Shown: positions 1 to 8,382 of the stretch, one piece after another
Layout of the letters: each line of letters opens with the position of its first letter
Numbering within the stretch: the first letter of the stretch is position 1
IMG/VR virus record: IMGVR_UViG_3300032898_000001
Coordinates: 31,532-95,531 of that record
Reading direction: 5' to 3' (one strand)
DNA length: 64,000 nucleotides
From: a virus
Position numbers and translations under genes: made by a program
Notes under the pieces: model-generated
Databases searched by the model: none
Told to the model about the DNA's origin: nothing
What the model saw: the letters and a program-made list of their open reading frames with translations, nothing else

Positions 1-317
1 TCGGCGCGGATGATGGCGTTGGCCTCGGCGTGCACGGCCGGGCAGCTGGAGTAGTCCGCAGATGAGGTCTCGGCCTGAGCCCGGGGGCACCAGTTCAGGC
101 ACGACCCCTCGACGCGCATGCCACTGGGCGGACCGTTGTAGCTGAAAGACGCGACCCGGTTGTCGTGGGTGACGATCACGGCTCCGACCTGGCGGCGGTC
201 GCAGAGGCTGCGAAACGCGATGGCGCTGGCGGCGGACAGCCAGGTCTGGTCCCAGGTAGGCCGGTCGTCGGCTACGTCGTCATCAGGGAGAGCTTGGTGA
301 CGCCCTGCAGGTTCCAC
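1..317 (-). CDS. dCMP deaminase (3' end outside window; start uncertain)
   Basis: Manual translation of minus strand: RPTWDQTWL..SLCDRRQVGAVIV..SYNGPPSG..CPAVHAEANAII (HAE zinc motif). Not in the ORF track because it runs off the window. Confidence 0.9.
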   Translation of the reverse strand, partial: MEPAGRHQALPDDDVADDRPTWDQTWLSAASAIAFRSLCDRRQVGAVIVTHDNRVASFSYNGPPSGMRVEGSCLNWCPRAQAETSSADYSSCPAVHAEANAIIRA

Positions 318-442
318 CGATGCCACTGGTCGTCGGTTCCCACCTGGCGAGCGCTGAGGGAGGCCAGGCAGGCCCGCTCGTGAACCCGGTTCCACACGTA
401 CGCGATCAGCAGGGCCCAGACGTAGCTCAGGAACTGTTCCAT
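272..442 (-). CDS. Small hypothetical protein (56 aa, hydrophobic N-terminus)
   Basis: ATG overlaps the stop of the upstream TS-like gene; MEQFLSYVWALLIAYVWN... Confidence 0.4.
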   Translation of the reverse strand: MEQFLSYVWALLIAYVWNRVHERACLASLSARQVGTDDQWHRWNLQGVTKLSLMTT

Positions 443-1374
443 CACTCATTCGCATCCTTACACTCGTTGCAGGGAAGAGGAACGACGTACCGGCACCTCA
501 GGCAGAGACCGTACCCCAAAGGGTGGGCCGGCAGCCGGTCGAGGACCCACTTCTGAGGCTCTTCAAAGATGGTGTCGAGATCCGCGGTCTGCCGGGTCAC
601 GACCGCCTCGGCCCACTTCTGCCGCGCGATCCACTGGTTCGGGTAGCCGTGGGTCGGCAACGGGGCCGGGATCCCGTTCGACACGAGCGGGCTGCCCCAC
701 CGCGTGGTCAGGCCCTCCTCCACGGTCCTCAGGGCGTCGGCGTACTGCGGCTCGTAGAGGTGCAGGGACCCGACGGTGTGGGTGTAGTGGCCCGGGAACA
801 CGCCGAGCGCCGCGGCCATGGTCCGGTGCAGCAACGAGAACTGCATGATGTCGATCGGGAACCCGAGCCAGGCGTCGTTGCTGCGCATCGTGACCCGGAG
901 GTGCAGGAACGAGTCCCGGAGAAAGAACTGGAACCCGGTGGTGCACGGGACGTCGTGGCTGGCCTCGTTGTGCTCACTACCGTCCCAGACGCTGACGTAG
1001 GCCTGGCGCGTGGCCGGGTCCTCCCGGAGCTTCTGGAACGCGGCGATGAACTGGCCGAAGACCCGCGGGCCGTACGCACCGCGAAGCCGGCCGCGGTCCG
1101 TGTACGGCATGAACCGGTTGCCGCTGACCTCGTTCAGCTGCCACACCGAGCTCACGCCGGCGAGCAGCTGGTACCCCTCCACGGTCGCGATCTTCAGGTT
1201 GGGATGCCGCAGCGTGTCCAGGACGTGAACGCGCTGCGGGTTCTCGATGCGGACCGTGACGTCCCGGAGCTCCCGGGTGGGCTTACCGCGAGGCGCTTCC
1301 TCGGGGGCCTGCAGGAGCTCGTCCAGCAGGTCCAGGTAGAGCTCCGAGCCGGTTTCCGCGCTCAAGTGAAGCAA
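442..1374 (-). CDS. Thymidylate synthase-family protein, probably a dCMP (hydroxy)methylase
   Basis: YGPR, TRQA, DVPCT (catalytic Cys), MRSNDAWLGFPIDI, SLHLYE; Asp at the position of ThyA Asn177. Confidence 0.9.
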   Translation of the reverse strand: MLHLSAETGSELYLDLLDELLQAPEEAPRGKPTRELRDVTVRIENPQRVHVLDTLRHPNLKIATVEGYQLLAGVSSVWQLNEVSGNRFMPYTDRGRLRGAYGPRVFGQFIAAFQKLREDPATRQAYVSVWDGSEHNEASHDVPCTTGFQFFLRDSFLHLRVTMRSNDAWLGFPIDIMQFSLLHRTMAAALGVFPGHYTHTVGSLHLYEPQYADALRTVEEGLTTRWGSPLVSNGIPAPLPTHGYPNQWIARQKWAEAVVTRQTADLDTIFEEPQKWVLDRLPAHPLGYGLCLRCRYVVPLPCNECKDANE

Positions 1375-2344
1375 GTGCTACCGCCTTCTTGATCTGGGTC
1401 ACGTACCCGTCGAAGTCGTGGTGCTTGAATCGCCTAGCGTATTGAGGATGTGAAATTTTTTCGTGAGGGATCTCGGCCGCGGTCAGGCGCCTGCTGGCCA
1501 GGTTGCCGAGAGCGATCACGGCGGGCTGGCCGAGGCCCTGGTAGAGGTGCGGCAGGTCCACGCCGGGCTCCAAGGAGTTGATGATCCCAACCTCGTTGTG
1601 CAGCCTGGCCGCGCGGATCGCTCGCAGCAGCCAGGTCGACGCGTCGTACGGGTAGACCGGGGTGAACGGCCGCCGCAGGTCGTCCCGGGGCTTCTTGCCG
1701 CCGGGGCCGCGTTCATCTCCCACGAGCAGGACGGTCGGGCTCGGTTCCCCGATGTAGGTCCGGGCCCCCGAGATCTGAAGGCGATTCGCGCGCAGGATGT
1801 CGTCGCTGCTCGAATTCATGATCCAGTCGGGGATCTCGTCGAGGACCTTCCGGCCGTCGTACACAATCAGGTCGTTGGCCTGGGCGTAGCCCGTGTACCA
1901 CGCGTGCAGGACGGGCAGGTAGTCGGCCTTGACCAGGTCGTCGCCGCGTTCCTCGTACCGTGCCTGAAGCACCTCGAGGGGCGGCAGGCAGACGACGTGG
2001 TAGGCGTTGAGCGCGGCCAGGGACAGCTCCACGTGCAGGAGGCCCTCGGTGGTGAGGCGAGAGTGGCCCCGGAGAAGGGGCCCGTAGGCCCCCTCTCCGG
2101 CGTGCCAGCGGTCCAGGATGACCAGGTTGATCGGGCTGAGGATGACGTCGAGCAGGTCGGGGTCGTCGAGCGCGGTCTCGTACTCCGTGAACGGGCACGT
2201 GTCCGGCTGCGGCGGTCCCTTGTGCAGTACCAGGACCTCGGGCTCAAAGCCGAGAGGCGCGTGGTACTCGATCCAGCGGTCACGCAGGGTCGCGGCCAGG
2301 GTCGACTTGCCGGCCAAGTCGGGGCCCTCGATGCAGAACAACAA
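1283..2344 (-). CDS. dNMP (thymidylate-like) kinase fused to a C-terminal UDG-superfamily-like domain
   Basis: N-term IEGPDLAGKST P-loop and ILDRW; C-term VLLVGDERG, VIALGNLA, SHPQY resemble UDG-fold motifs. Confidence 0.8.
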   Translation of the reverse strand: MLFCIEGPDLAGKSTLAATLRDRWIEYHAPLGFEPEVLVLHKGPPQPDTCPFTEYETALDDPDLLDVILSPINLVILDRWHAGEGAYGPLLRGHSRLTTEGLLHVELSLAALNAYHVVCLPPLEVLQARYEERGDDLVKADYLPVLHAWYTGYAQANDLIVYDGRKVLDEIPDWIMNSSSDDILRANRLQISGARTYIGEPSPTVLLVGDERGPGGKKPRDDLRRPFTPVYPYDASTWLLRAIRAARLHNEVGIINSLEPGVDLPHLYQGLGQPAVIALGNLASRRLTAAEIPHEKISHPQYARRFKHHDFDGYVTQIKKAVALASLERGNRLGALPGPAGRAPAGPRGSASR

Positions 2345-2378
2345 CTCGATTCTCCTCAGCTCTCGTTCCTTCTCGACC

Positions 2379-3125
2379 CTACAGCTGCACGAGGCGGTAA
2401 ACCACGTTCTCGTCGTTGCGAACGAGGATGTCCCCGTTCTGAGCGACGCCGATCTCCTCGTAGAGGTGAGAGCCCAGCTTGGTCGACTTCACGGCGACCT
2501 GGCCGGCCACGACGGTTGAGAGAGACGGGGCGGTGGTCACCACGGGACGCGGCGGGGCGGGCGGTGCCTGAACCGGGTGCCGCTCGTCCTCGACGTACGC
2601 GTTGACTTCCGCCTCCCGGGCCGCGATCTTGTCGGGATCGGCGAGAAGCGGTCGAAGTGAGGCCGGTACCTCCACGACGGGCGCGGCGACGCTCTCGACC
2701 TGCTCCGCGGTTGGGACGTAGATGTACACGCCCTGCAGCGGGGAGTTGATCGTGAAGCCCTTCTTCCGCATCTGGTAGACCACGGTCGAGATCTGCGGCT
2801 GGGTGAAGCCGAGCTTGCCGGTGATCTCGTCACTGGTCAGCTCCACGTACGGGTTGGAGCGGATGAAGTCCTCGAATCGCCGCTGCTGCGTGACCTGAGC
2901 GGTTCCCGCCGTGAGGGACACGCTCGGCCGGTAGACCGCGACGCCGTGGTGAGGCCGCGCGATGTCGTAACCGTTGGCCTTGAGGGTGCTGACCGACCCC
3001 GACACGGACTTGACGTCGACGTGCAGAGCGGCCGCGATGTCGTCGATGTCGACGTTCTGGTTTGGGTACTGCTTGAGGTACGCCAGGACCTGACGAGACA
3101 ACCCGCGGTTTGCTTGAGATGCCAT
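2379..3125 (-). CDS. DNA-binding protein with two tandem winged-HTH-like repeats
   Basis: Internal duplication (..YPNQNVDIDDIAAAL..LKANGYDI..GVAVYRP / ..NPYVELTSDEITGKL..MRKKGFTI..GVYIYVP). Confidence 0.6.
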   Translation of the reverse strand: MASQANRGLSRQVLAYLKQYPNQNVDIDDIAAALHVDVKSVSGSVSTLKANGYDIARPHHGVAVYRPSVSLTAGTAQVTQQRRFEDFIRSNPYVELTSDEITGKLGFTQPQISTVVYQMRKKGFTINSPLQGVYIYVPTAEQVESVAAPVVEVPASLRPLLADPDKIAAREAEVNAYVEDERHPVQAPPAPPRPVVTTAPSLSTVVAGQVAVKSTKLGSHLYEEIGVAQNGDILVRNDENVVYRLVQL

Positions 3126-3179
3126 GCGCTGATCTCTCTTTCCGTGAATTCCGAATTCCTGTTCCGGGGTGTTGCGGTC

Positions 3180-3210
3180 ACCGTATCAAATGGACGGTGA
3201 CTTGTAAACA
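3180..3210 (-). promoter_or_regulatory. Sigma70-type promoter, TGTTTACA family
   Basis: TGTTTACA-N17-TACGGT on minus strand. Confidence 0.65.
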
Positions 3211-3218
3211 ACGAGCTT

Positions 3219-3722
3219 TCAGAGCCGTTCCACGCCGCTCAGCAGGGCGTCGATGTCCCGGTCACACTGCCGAGCGGCCGCGAGCAGGCGCATCGCGGGG
3301 TTGCTGAACGGCCGGCTGGTCGCCCGGGACCCGGTCGACCGCAGCGCGACCAGGACGGCCGGGGCGTCGGCACAGACGTGGGCGCTGTGACGGTCGTCCT
3401 CGTAGTCGAAGGTCACGTCGTCGGGCAGGTCCCGACCGGGACGGCAGACCTGGCACGGCTCCGCGTCGTCGGGGATCTCCACGGCGGCGGTCGCGGTGCC
3501 CGAGTTGCACGGCCCGTCGTGCACGTGGTAGACCACGGAGCGGCCCACGACGTGAAGCACGTAGCGCCCGGTCCCGTCAGTCAGGTGGTAGAGCTCCATC
3601 TCGGTCCAGCGCGGTGAGTCCGGGACCTCGGTCGTGACGTCGGCCAGGAGCTCTCCCTCGAACTCGAGCACCTTGTCCACGTCCGGGACCCGCACCAGTC
3701 GCGCGATGTCTTGATCTTCCAT
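3219..3722 (-). CDS. Hypothetical protein
   Basis: ORF with purine-rich RBS before MEDQD; phage-like codon usage. Confidence 0.7.
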   Translation of the reverse strand: MEDQDIARLVRVPDVDKVLEFEGELLADVTTEVPDSPRWTEMELYHLTDGTGRYVLHVVGRSVVYHVHDGPCNSGTATAAVEIPDDAEPCQVCRPGRDLPDDVTFDYEDDRHSAHVCADAPAVLVALRSTGSRATSRPFSNPAMRLLAAARQCDRDIDALLSGVERL

Positions 3723-3792
3723 GTTTCCCTCTCCACTCGTTCCTGGCCGGTATCTTAACCGCCTCGTCCCACCGATTGACACAGCCGCCTCG

Positions 3793-3823
3793 TGTTTACA
3801 TCTTCACGGCGAGGTGGTAGGGT
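3793..3823 (+). promoter_or_regulatory. Sigma70-type promoter, TGTTTACA family
   Basis: TGTTTACA-N17-TAGGGT, extended -10 TG; heads the rightward operon. Confidence 0.7.
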
Positions 3824-3850
3824 CAGGTCACCGGAACGAGGGAGGAACGA

Positions 3851-4183
3851 GTGACCGAGACCCGGGTCGCCACGACGGCCGACCTGAAGACCATCTACCA
3901 CCACGAGGTGGAAAACCGCCTCAGTCGCCGGCTCAACACCTGGATGATCGAGCACCTCGATCCCGACGGCTCACACGTGCTCATCGCGCGAGAGCCGTAC
4001 GCCCGTCAGGCGGCCTTCTCGCTCGTGGAGCACTACCGGGCCGAGGTCCTGATGAAGTACGCGGGAGAGAGCGACCCGTTCATCGCCTTCATCGACGTCC
4101 CGGTCGTGGACTGGGAGGCGCTGCGGACCTTCACGGAGCTCCTGACCGTGAGGCGACGCAACGAGGACGGTGACACGGACTGA
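3851..4183 (+). CDS. Hypothetical protein
   Basis: GGAGG RBS, 110 aa ORF. Confidence 0.75.
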   Translation: MTETRVATTADLKTIYHHEVENRLSRRLNTWMIEHLDPDGSHVLIAREPYARQAAFSLVEHYRAEVLMKYAGESDPFIAFIDVPVVDWEALRTFTELLTVRRRNEDGDTD

Positions 4184-4221
4184 TCGGTTAGACCGAACCA
4201 GGAACAGGAAACGGAAGAGAC

Positions 4222-4503
4222 ATGTGGTTCACGATCAAGTTTGACATCGGCAAGAAGAGCGACATCCCCGTTGAGATCGAGGCCGACACCGAGGCCGAGG
4301 CCATCGCGGAATTCAAGGCGTTCTTGCTCAACCTCGACGAGAACGGGAACGAGCCCCGCGGCTGGGACGGCTGGATCGACGACTTCAAGATCTCGGTCGA
4401 CGGGGAGGATATGCACCCGATCGTGTTCCAGCCGAAGTGGGTCAGCAGCTTCGAGATCTTCGAGGGTCGCAGCCAGAACTACGGTTGGAAGTACGGAAGG
4501 TAG
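4222..4503 (+). CDS. Hypothetical acidic protein
   Basis: 93 aa ORF after a GGAA-repeat leader. Confidence 0.75.
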   Translation: MWFTIKFDIGKKSDIPVEIEADTEAEAIAEFKAFLLNLDENGNEPRGWDGWIDDFKISVDGEDMHPIVFQPKWVSSFEIFEGRSQNYGWKYGR

Positions 4504-4513
4504 GGACAGCGAC

Positions 4514-4696
4514 GTGGCGGACGACAAGTTTCGCGTCCGAAAGCAGGACAAGGCCGTGTTCAAGGCGGCCAAGAAGTGGGCCAAGCAGCAGCGCCGGGCC
4601 CAGAGCAAGGCGGCCGGGAAGGGCTGCGCCGTGGTCCTGATCGGGGCCGCGGGAGCCGTCGCGGCAGGGATCGCCGCGTGGAAGGGGATCGCGTAG
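4514..4696 (+). CDS. Basic micro-protein with GC motif and C-terminal TM helix, copy 1
   Basis: MADDKFRVRK...GKGCAVVLIGAAGAVAAGIAAWKGIA. Confidence 0.8.
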   Translation: MADDKFRVRKQDKAVFKAAKKWAKQQRRAQSKAAGKGCAVVLIGAAGAVAAGIAAWKGIA

Positions 4697-4932
4697 TGGC
4701 ACGAAAGGTCGGGGGACCGAACGACAAGGGCATGAAGAAGGTCATCAAGCGAGATCGCAAGCTCGCCGACGACCACTACCGGCGAGCGCGGTACAACCAC
4801 CAGAGCCCGCGCACGGGCAAGTACCGGCGAGAACCCAAGAAGCAGGGCTGCATCACCATGACCGCGTTGCTGGTTCTCGCCGCCGGTAGCGGGGTCACGG
4901 CAGTCATCTTGACAGTGAGAGGTATCGCGTGA
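4696..4932 (+). CDS. Basic micro-protein with GC motif and C-terminal TM helix, copy 2
   Basis: MARKVGG...NHQSPRTG..KKQGCITMTALLVLAAGSGVTAVILTVRGIA; start overlaps previous stop. Confidence 0.8.
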   Translation: MARKVGGPNDKGMKKVIKRDRKLADDHYRRARYNHQSPRTGKYRREPKKQGCITMTALLVLAAGSGVTAVILTVRGIA

Positions 4933-5153
4933 GCGATAAGGACCGCAAGAGCATCCGGCGCGGCACGGACAAGACGCAGAAGGCGCTGAAGGACCACTAC
5001 CGTCGCGCGAAGGTCAACCGGCAGAGCCCCCTGACCGGGCACCCGACTCGGCCGCCGAAGAAGCAGGGGTGCCTCACCATGACGGCCGTGCTGGCGATGA
5101 GTGTAGGCGGTGCCGTCACCGGGATCGTTCTCGCCGCGAAGGGACTGGCATGA
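4929..5153 (+). CDS. Basic micro-protein with GC motif and C-terminal TM helix, copy 3
   Basis: ..NRQSPLTG..KKQGCLTMTAVLAMSVGGAVTGIVLAAKGLA; GTGA overlap. Confidence 0.8.
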   Translation: MSDKDRKSIRRGTDKTQKALKDHYRRAKVNRQSPLTGHPTRPPKKQGCLTMTAVLAMSVGGAVTGIVLAAKGLA

Positions 5154-5380
5154 ACGCCAAGAAAAAGAAGCCATTCGACGTCAAGAAGGCGAACAAGGAC
5201 GCCGCGAAGGCGACCCGCCAGTTTCGACGTCGCGCCCGGCTGAACCACCAGAACCCGCTCAGCGGAAAGCCGACGCGCCCGGCCAAGAAGCAGGGCTGCC
5301 TGTCCATATCTGCGGTCCTCGTCCTGAGTGCCGGCGGGGCGGTGACCGGGATCGTCCTGGCAGCGAGGGGACTGGCGTGA
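5150..5380 (+). CDS. Basic micro-protein with GC motif and C-terminal TM helix, copy 4
   Basis: ..NHQNPLSG..KKQGCLSISAVLVLSAGGAVTGIVLAARGLA; ATGA overlap. Confidence 0.8.
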   Translation: MNAKKKKPFDVKKANKDAAKATRQFRRRARLNHQNPLSGKPTRPAKKQGCLSISAVLVLSAGGAVTGIVLAARGLA

Positions 5381-5541
5381 CCTTCGACACCGGCCCGAGG
5401 GCCGGGACCCGCATCCGCCAGCCGCGGAAGCGCAACGACAAGACCGGCAACATCCGACGGAAGGGCTGCGCGCTCACCGCTCTCGCCTTCGTGGCGGGAG
5501 CGGTGGGGGCCGCGGTCGCGATCAAGACGGGAGTGAGCTAG
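5377..5541 (+). CDS. Basic micro-protein with GC motif and C-terminal TM helix, copy 5
   Basis: ..RRKGCALTALAFVAGAVGAAVAIKTGVS; GTGA overlap. Confidence 0.8.
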   Translation: MTFDTGPRAGTRIRQPRKRNDKTGNIRRKGCALTALAFVAGAVGAAVAIKTGVS

Positions 5542-5545
5542 AGAC

Positions 5546-5776
5546 GTGGACAGCCCAGATGGTTTCCGCCGCAAGGACCCGAAGGGATACGCCCGCGGCA
5601 GGGAACTCAGTCGACAAATCAACCAGAAGCGCTCGAGTAGCTACCGGGTCACGAACATCAAGAAGGCCAAGGACAACCGCAGCGCGCCGGGCTGCGCCGT
5701 GATCGCTCTCTGCGTCGGCGTCGGCCTGCCGGGCGCGATCATCGGGACCGTGCTCGTGGCGAGGGGCCTAGCGTGA
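5546..5776 (+). CDS. Basic micro-protein with GC motif and C-terminal TM helix, copy 6
   Basis: ..APGCAVIALCVGVGLPGAIIGTVLVARGLA. Confidence 0.8.
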   Translation: MDSPDGFRRKDPKGYARGRELSRQINQKRSSSYRVTNIKKAKDNRSAPGCAVIALCVGVGLPGAIIGTVLVARGLA

Positions 5777-5997
5777 GCAACCGCTCACGGCGGCGCAAGA
5801 TCCGGAAGGCCCAGCGAGAGTTCCGGGAGACGGGCCGGCGCTACGGCGGGGAGACCGTCTATCCGGCGGGAGCCCGTGAGGCCAAGAACAGGAAGATCCA
5901 GGACGCGATGAGCGGCCGGCGAAAGGGCTGCGTCGTCTCGGCCATCTGGCTGAGCGCCGCGGTGATCGGCGCGATCGCGACCGTGAAGGGAAGCTGA
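5773..5997 (+). CDS. Basic micro-protein with GC motif and C-terminal TM helix, copy 7
   Basis: ..RRKGCVVSAIWLSAAVIGAIATVKGS; GTGA overlap. Confidence 0.8.
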   Translation: MSNRSRRRKIRKAQREFRETGRRYGGETVYPAGAREAKNRKIQDAMSGRRKGCVVSAIWLSAAVIGAIATVKGS

Positions 5998-5998
5998 C

Positions 5999-7450
5999 GT
6001 GGAGCTGAGCGCGGACCAGGACGCGGCACTGACGGCGATCCTGAACTGGTTCATCGAGGCCCCGAGCCCCGAGTTCTGCACCAAGAAGGAGTGCTGCCCG
6101 CGGGACCACTCCCACAACCTGACCTGCGCTCAGCCTCACACCCACGGCCGGGCCCGGGACTTTGAGCCGTTCGCGCTCGGGGGCCTGGCCGGCTCGGGCA
6201 AGACCACGATGGTGAGGCAGGTGGAGTGGGCCCTGGACGTGAAGGCCGCGTTTGGGACCCCCACCAACAAGGCCGCGGCCGTGCTCCGCGGGAAGCTCCA
6301 TGACGACCAGAAGGAACGCGTCCGCACCTACCACTCCCTGCTGTACAAGCCGTTCTCGCGGTTCTGGTGCGGCCAGACGGGGCGAGACGTAGTGCCCGTC
6401 GAGAACGAGGACGCGAGCGAGGACGACCTGCACGAGTTCGTGCCGTGCTGGCAGGGCACGCACCTGCCGCGCCACGACTGCTCCATCCAGGAGGAGCTCA
6501 AGTTCACGCGCCGGGAGCACCTCGAGGGCCACCGGCACCTGCTCGTGCTCGACGAGGCGTCCATGGTCGGCCAGGAGCGCGTGGAGGAGATCCGCCAGTT
6601 CGGGATCCCGCTACTCCTGGTCGGGGACCACGGCCAGCTCCCGCCCGTCAAGGCCGTCGGGGGCGCGAACCGCTGGATGCGGAAGCCGGACGTGGTCCTC
6701 ACGCAGAACCACCGCCAGGGCGAGGCCAGCGGGATCGTCACGGCCGCGCTCTCGGTCCGGGAGCGCGGGGTCCTGGACCACGGGCGGTACGGCGACGGCT
6801 CCACGGTCTGCGCGTCGGCCAGGCGGCACCCCGAGATCCTGGCCGTCATGGACCCGGAGCGGTTCGCGCCCGGTCCCGAACGCGTGATCATCTGTCACAC
6901 GAACGCGGTCCGCGCCCAGGTCAACAAGCAGTTTCACGCGTTCCTGACCGACCAGCCCGGCCCCGTAGCCGGGGACCGGGTGGTGAGCCTGGCCAACGTG
7001 GAGGGCGTGGTCGTGGACCGGGTCAACGAGAAGTGGGTGCCGCGCCGCGGCGCCCCGAAGGAGGGAGACGCCGCGCCGTTGATCGCGATCGAGAACGTGT
7101 ACAACGGCTGCACGGGCACGGTCCGAGAGGTCCTGGGCTCGTCGCGGCACACGGTGCGGCTCGTGGTGGAGCTGGACGCGGACAGCCAGGGACGGCCCGG
7201 CACTCACGTCAGCGTCGCGGCCCTGAGCGCGCAGTTCGGGCGAGAGACCCAGGTCCCGTACAACGAGCGGCCGCACGGCGCGCACCAGCTCTGGGACTTC
7301 GCCTACGCCCTGACCGCTCACAAGGCGCAGGGCAGCGAGTTCGACGACGTGATCGTGCTCGACACCCACCCGCCGGAGTACCGGGCCTGGCTGTACACGG
7401 CCATGACCCGGGCCAAGAAGCGCTTGCTCGTGATCGACTGGCGGTCGTGA
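5999..7450 (+). CDS. Dda/RecD-like SF1B DNA helicase
   Basis: GLAGSGKTT, TPTNKAA, LDEASMV, VGDHGQLPPV, AYALTAHKAQGSEF, LYTAMTRA. Confidence 0.93.
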   Translation: MELSADQDAALTAILNWFIEAPSPEFCTKKECCPRDHSHNLTCAQPHTHGRARDFEPFALGGLAGSGKTTMVRQVEWALDVKAAFGTPTNKAAAVLRGKLHDDQKERVRTYHSLLYKPFSRFWCGQTGRDVVPVENEDASEDDLHEFVPCWQGTHLPRHDCSIQEELKFTRREHLEGHRHLLVLDEASMVGQERVEEIRQFGIPLLLVGDHGQLPPVKAVGGANRWMRKPDVVLTQNHRQGEASGIVTAALSVRERGVLDHGRYGDGSTVCASARRHPEILAVMDPERFAPGPERVIICHTNAVRAQVNKQFHAFLTDQPGPVAGDRVVSLANVEGVVVDRVNEKWVPRRGAPKEGDAAPLIAIENVYNGCTGTVREVLGSSRHTVRLVVELDADSQGRPGTHVSVAALSAQFGRETQVPYNERPHGAHQLWDFAYALTAHKAQGSEFDDVIVLDTHPPEYRAWLYTAMTRAKKRLLVIDWRS

Positions 7451-7695
7451 TGGCCCCTCCTCTCGTGGTGAGGCGGTTCACGCCGGGCCGGTTCAGTGAC
7501 CCGGCTCACTTCGTGCTCGGTGACCCGCGAGAGCACGGCTGGCGCTGGGAGTGCCAGCTGTGTGGCACGACCGGTCAGTACCTCAACACGCGGTGGCGCC
7601 GGGACCCGACGCTGTGGGAGCGCTGCGTGGCCGGCGGGCTGAAACACCTGCGGAAGCACGTCCCGTTGGTGCTGTCCATTCACCTGTTTACATAG
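7450..7695 (+). CDS. Hypothetical Zn-finger-like protein
   Basis: CQLC...HLRKH; overlapping start. Confidence 0.55.
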   Translation: MAPPLVVRRFTPGRFSDPAHFVLGDPREHGWRWECQLCGTTGQYLNTRWRRDPTLWERCVAGGLKHLRKHVPLVLSIHLFT

Positions 7696-7737
7696 TATGG
7701 TCGTACCAGGAACCGAAGACGGAAGAGAGGAACGAGG

Positions 7738-8028
7738 ATGACGATCTTTCTCCTGCTGGTCGTCGCCCTGAGCTGCTGGCTCGTGGGCTATGGCATCGGC
7801 CGGCGCCGGGCGAGGAAGCAGCTCGCGGCGCGGGCGCTACAACGAGAGCCGCTGACCTGCGACTGCGGCCACCTGTACACGTCTCACAAGGTCACGAAGC
7901 CCTACCGGTGCACCGCGGCCTTAAAGACGGGAAGCTCCCTGCCCTGTGCCTGCCAGCGCTACGTGGGACCGGTCCCCGCGCCTACCCTGGCCGAGCTCAG
8001 GCCCGAGGCCCCGAAGGTCGGTGAGTGA
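7738..8028 (+). CDS. Membrane-anchored Cys/His-rich protein, paralog A
   Basis: N-term TM; CDCGH..H..C..CACQRYVGP. Confidence 0.75.
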   Translation: MTIFLLLVVALSCWLVGYGIGRRRARKQLAARALQREPLTCDCGHLYTSHKVTKPYRCTAALKTGSSLPCACQRYVGPVPAPTLAELRPEAPKVGE

Positions 8029-8347
8029 CGTGGACGTCCCTACCGTGTTCGAGACGATCAGTCTGCTGCTCGTGGGCTACGGCGTCGGGAACCTGAGCGG
8101 GCGCCGTCACCGGAAGACAGCGCGACCCGCGGGACCGAAGTACACCTGCGGTTGCACCCACGACCTCTCGGTCCACGACCCGAAGACCGGCCGGTGCCAC
8201 GCCGGGGTCAAGAGGCTCAAGTACGACTACGTCGGAGACGTGGTGGGCTACATCTATCCGCAGTGCCCCTGCAAGCAGTACGTGGGCCCGAAGCCGCCAC
8301 CCGACCTGAAGGACCTGTGGCCCGAGGCACCGGGAGTGGGAGACTGA
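8021..8347 (+). CDS. Membrane-anchored Cys/His-rich protein, paralog B
   Basis: N-term TM; CGCTH..H..C..CPCKQYVGP. Confidence 0.75.
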   Translation: MSDVDVPTVFETISLLLVGYGVGNLSGRRHRKTARPAGPKYTCGCTHDLSVHDPKTGRCHAGVKRLKYDYVGDVVGYIYPQCPCKQYVGPKPPPDLKDLWPEAPGVGD

Positions 8348-8382
8348 TCTGTTCTTATGAGAAAGCAAAAGGAGCTACAGAC

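Noticed and set aside
4514-5997. Lipoprotein or holin interpretation of the GC-TM array
   Set aside because: Cys precedes the hydrophobic helix, so it is not a lipobox; the array is 26 kb from the endolysin
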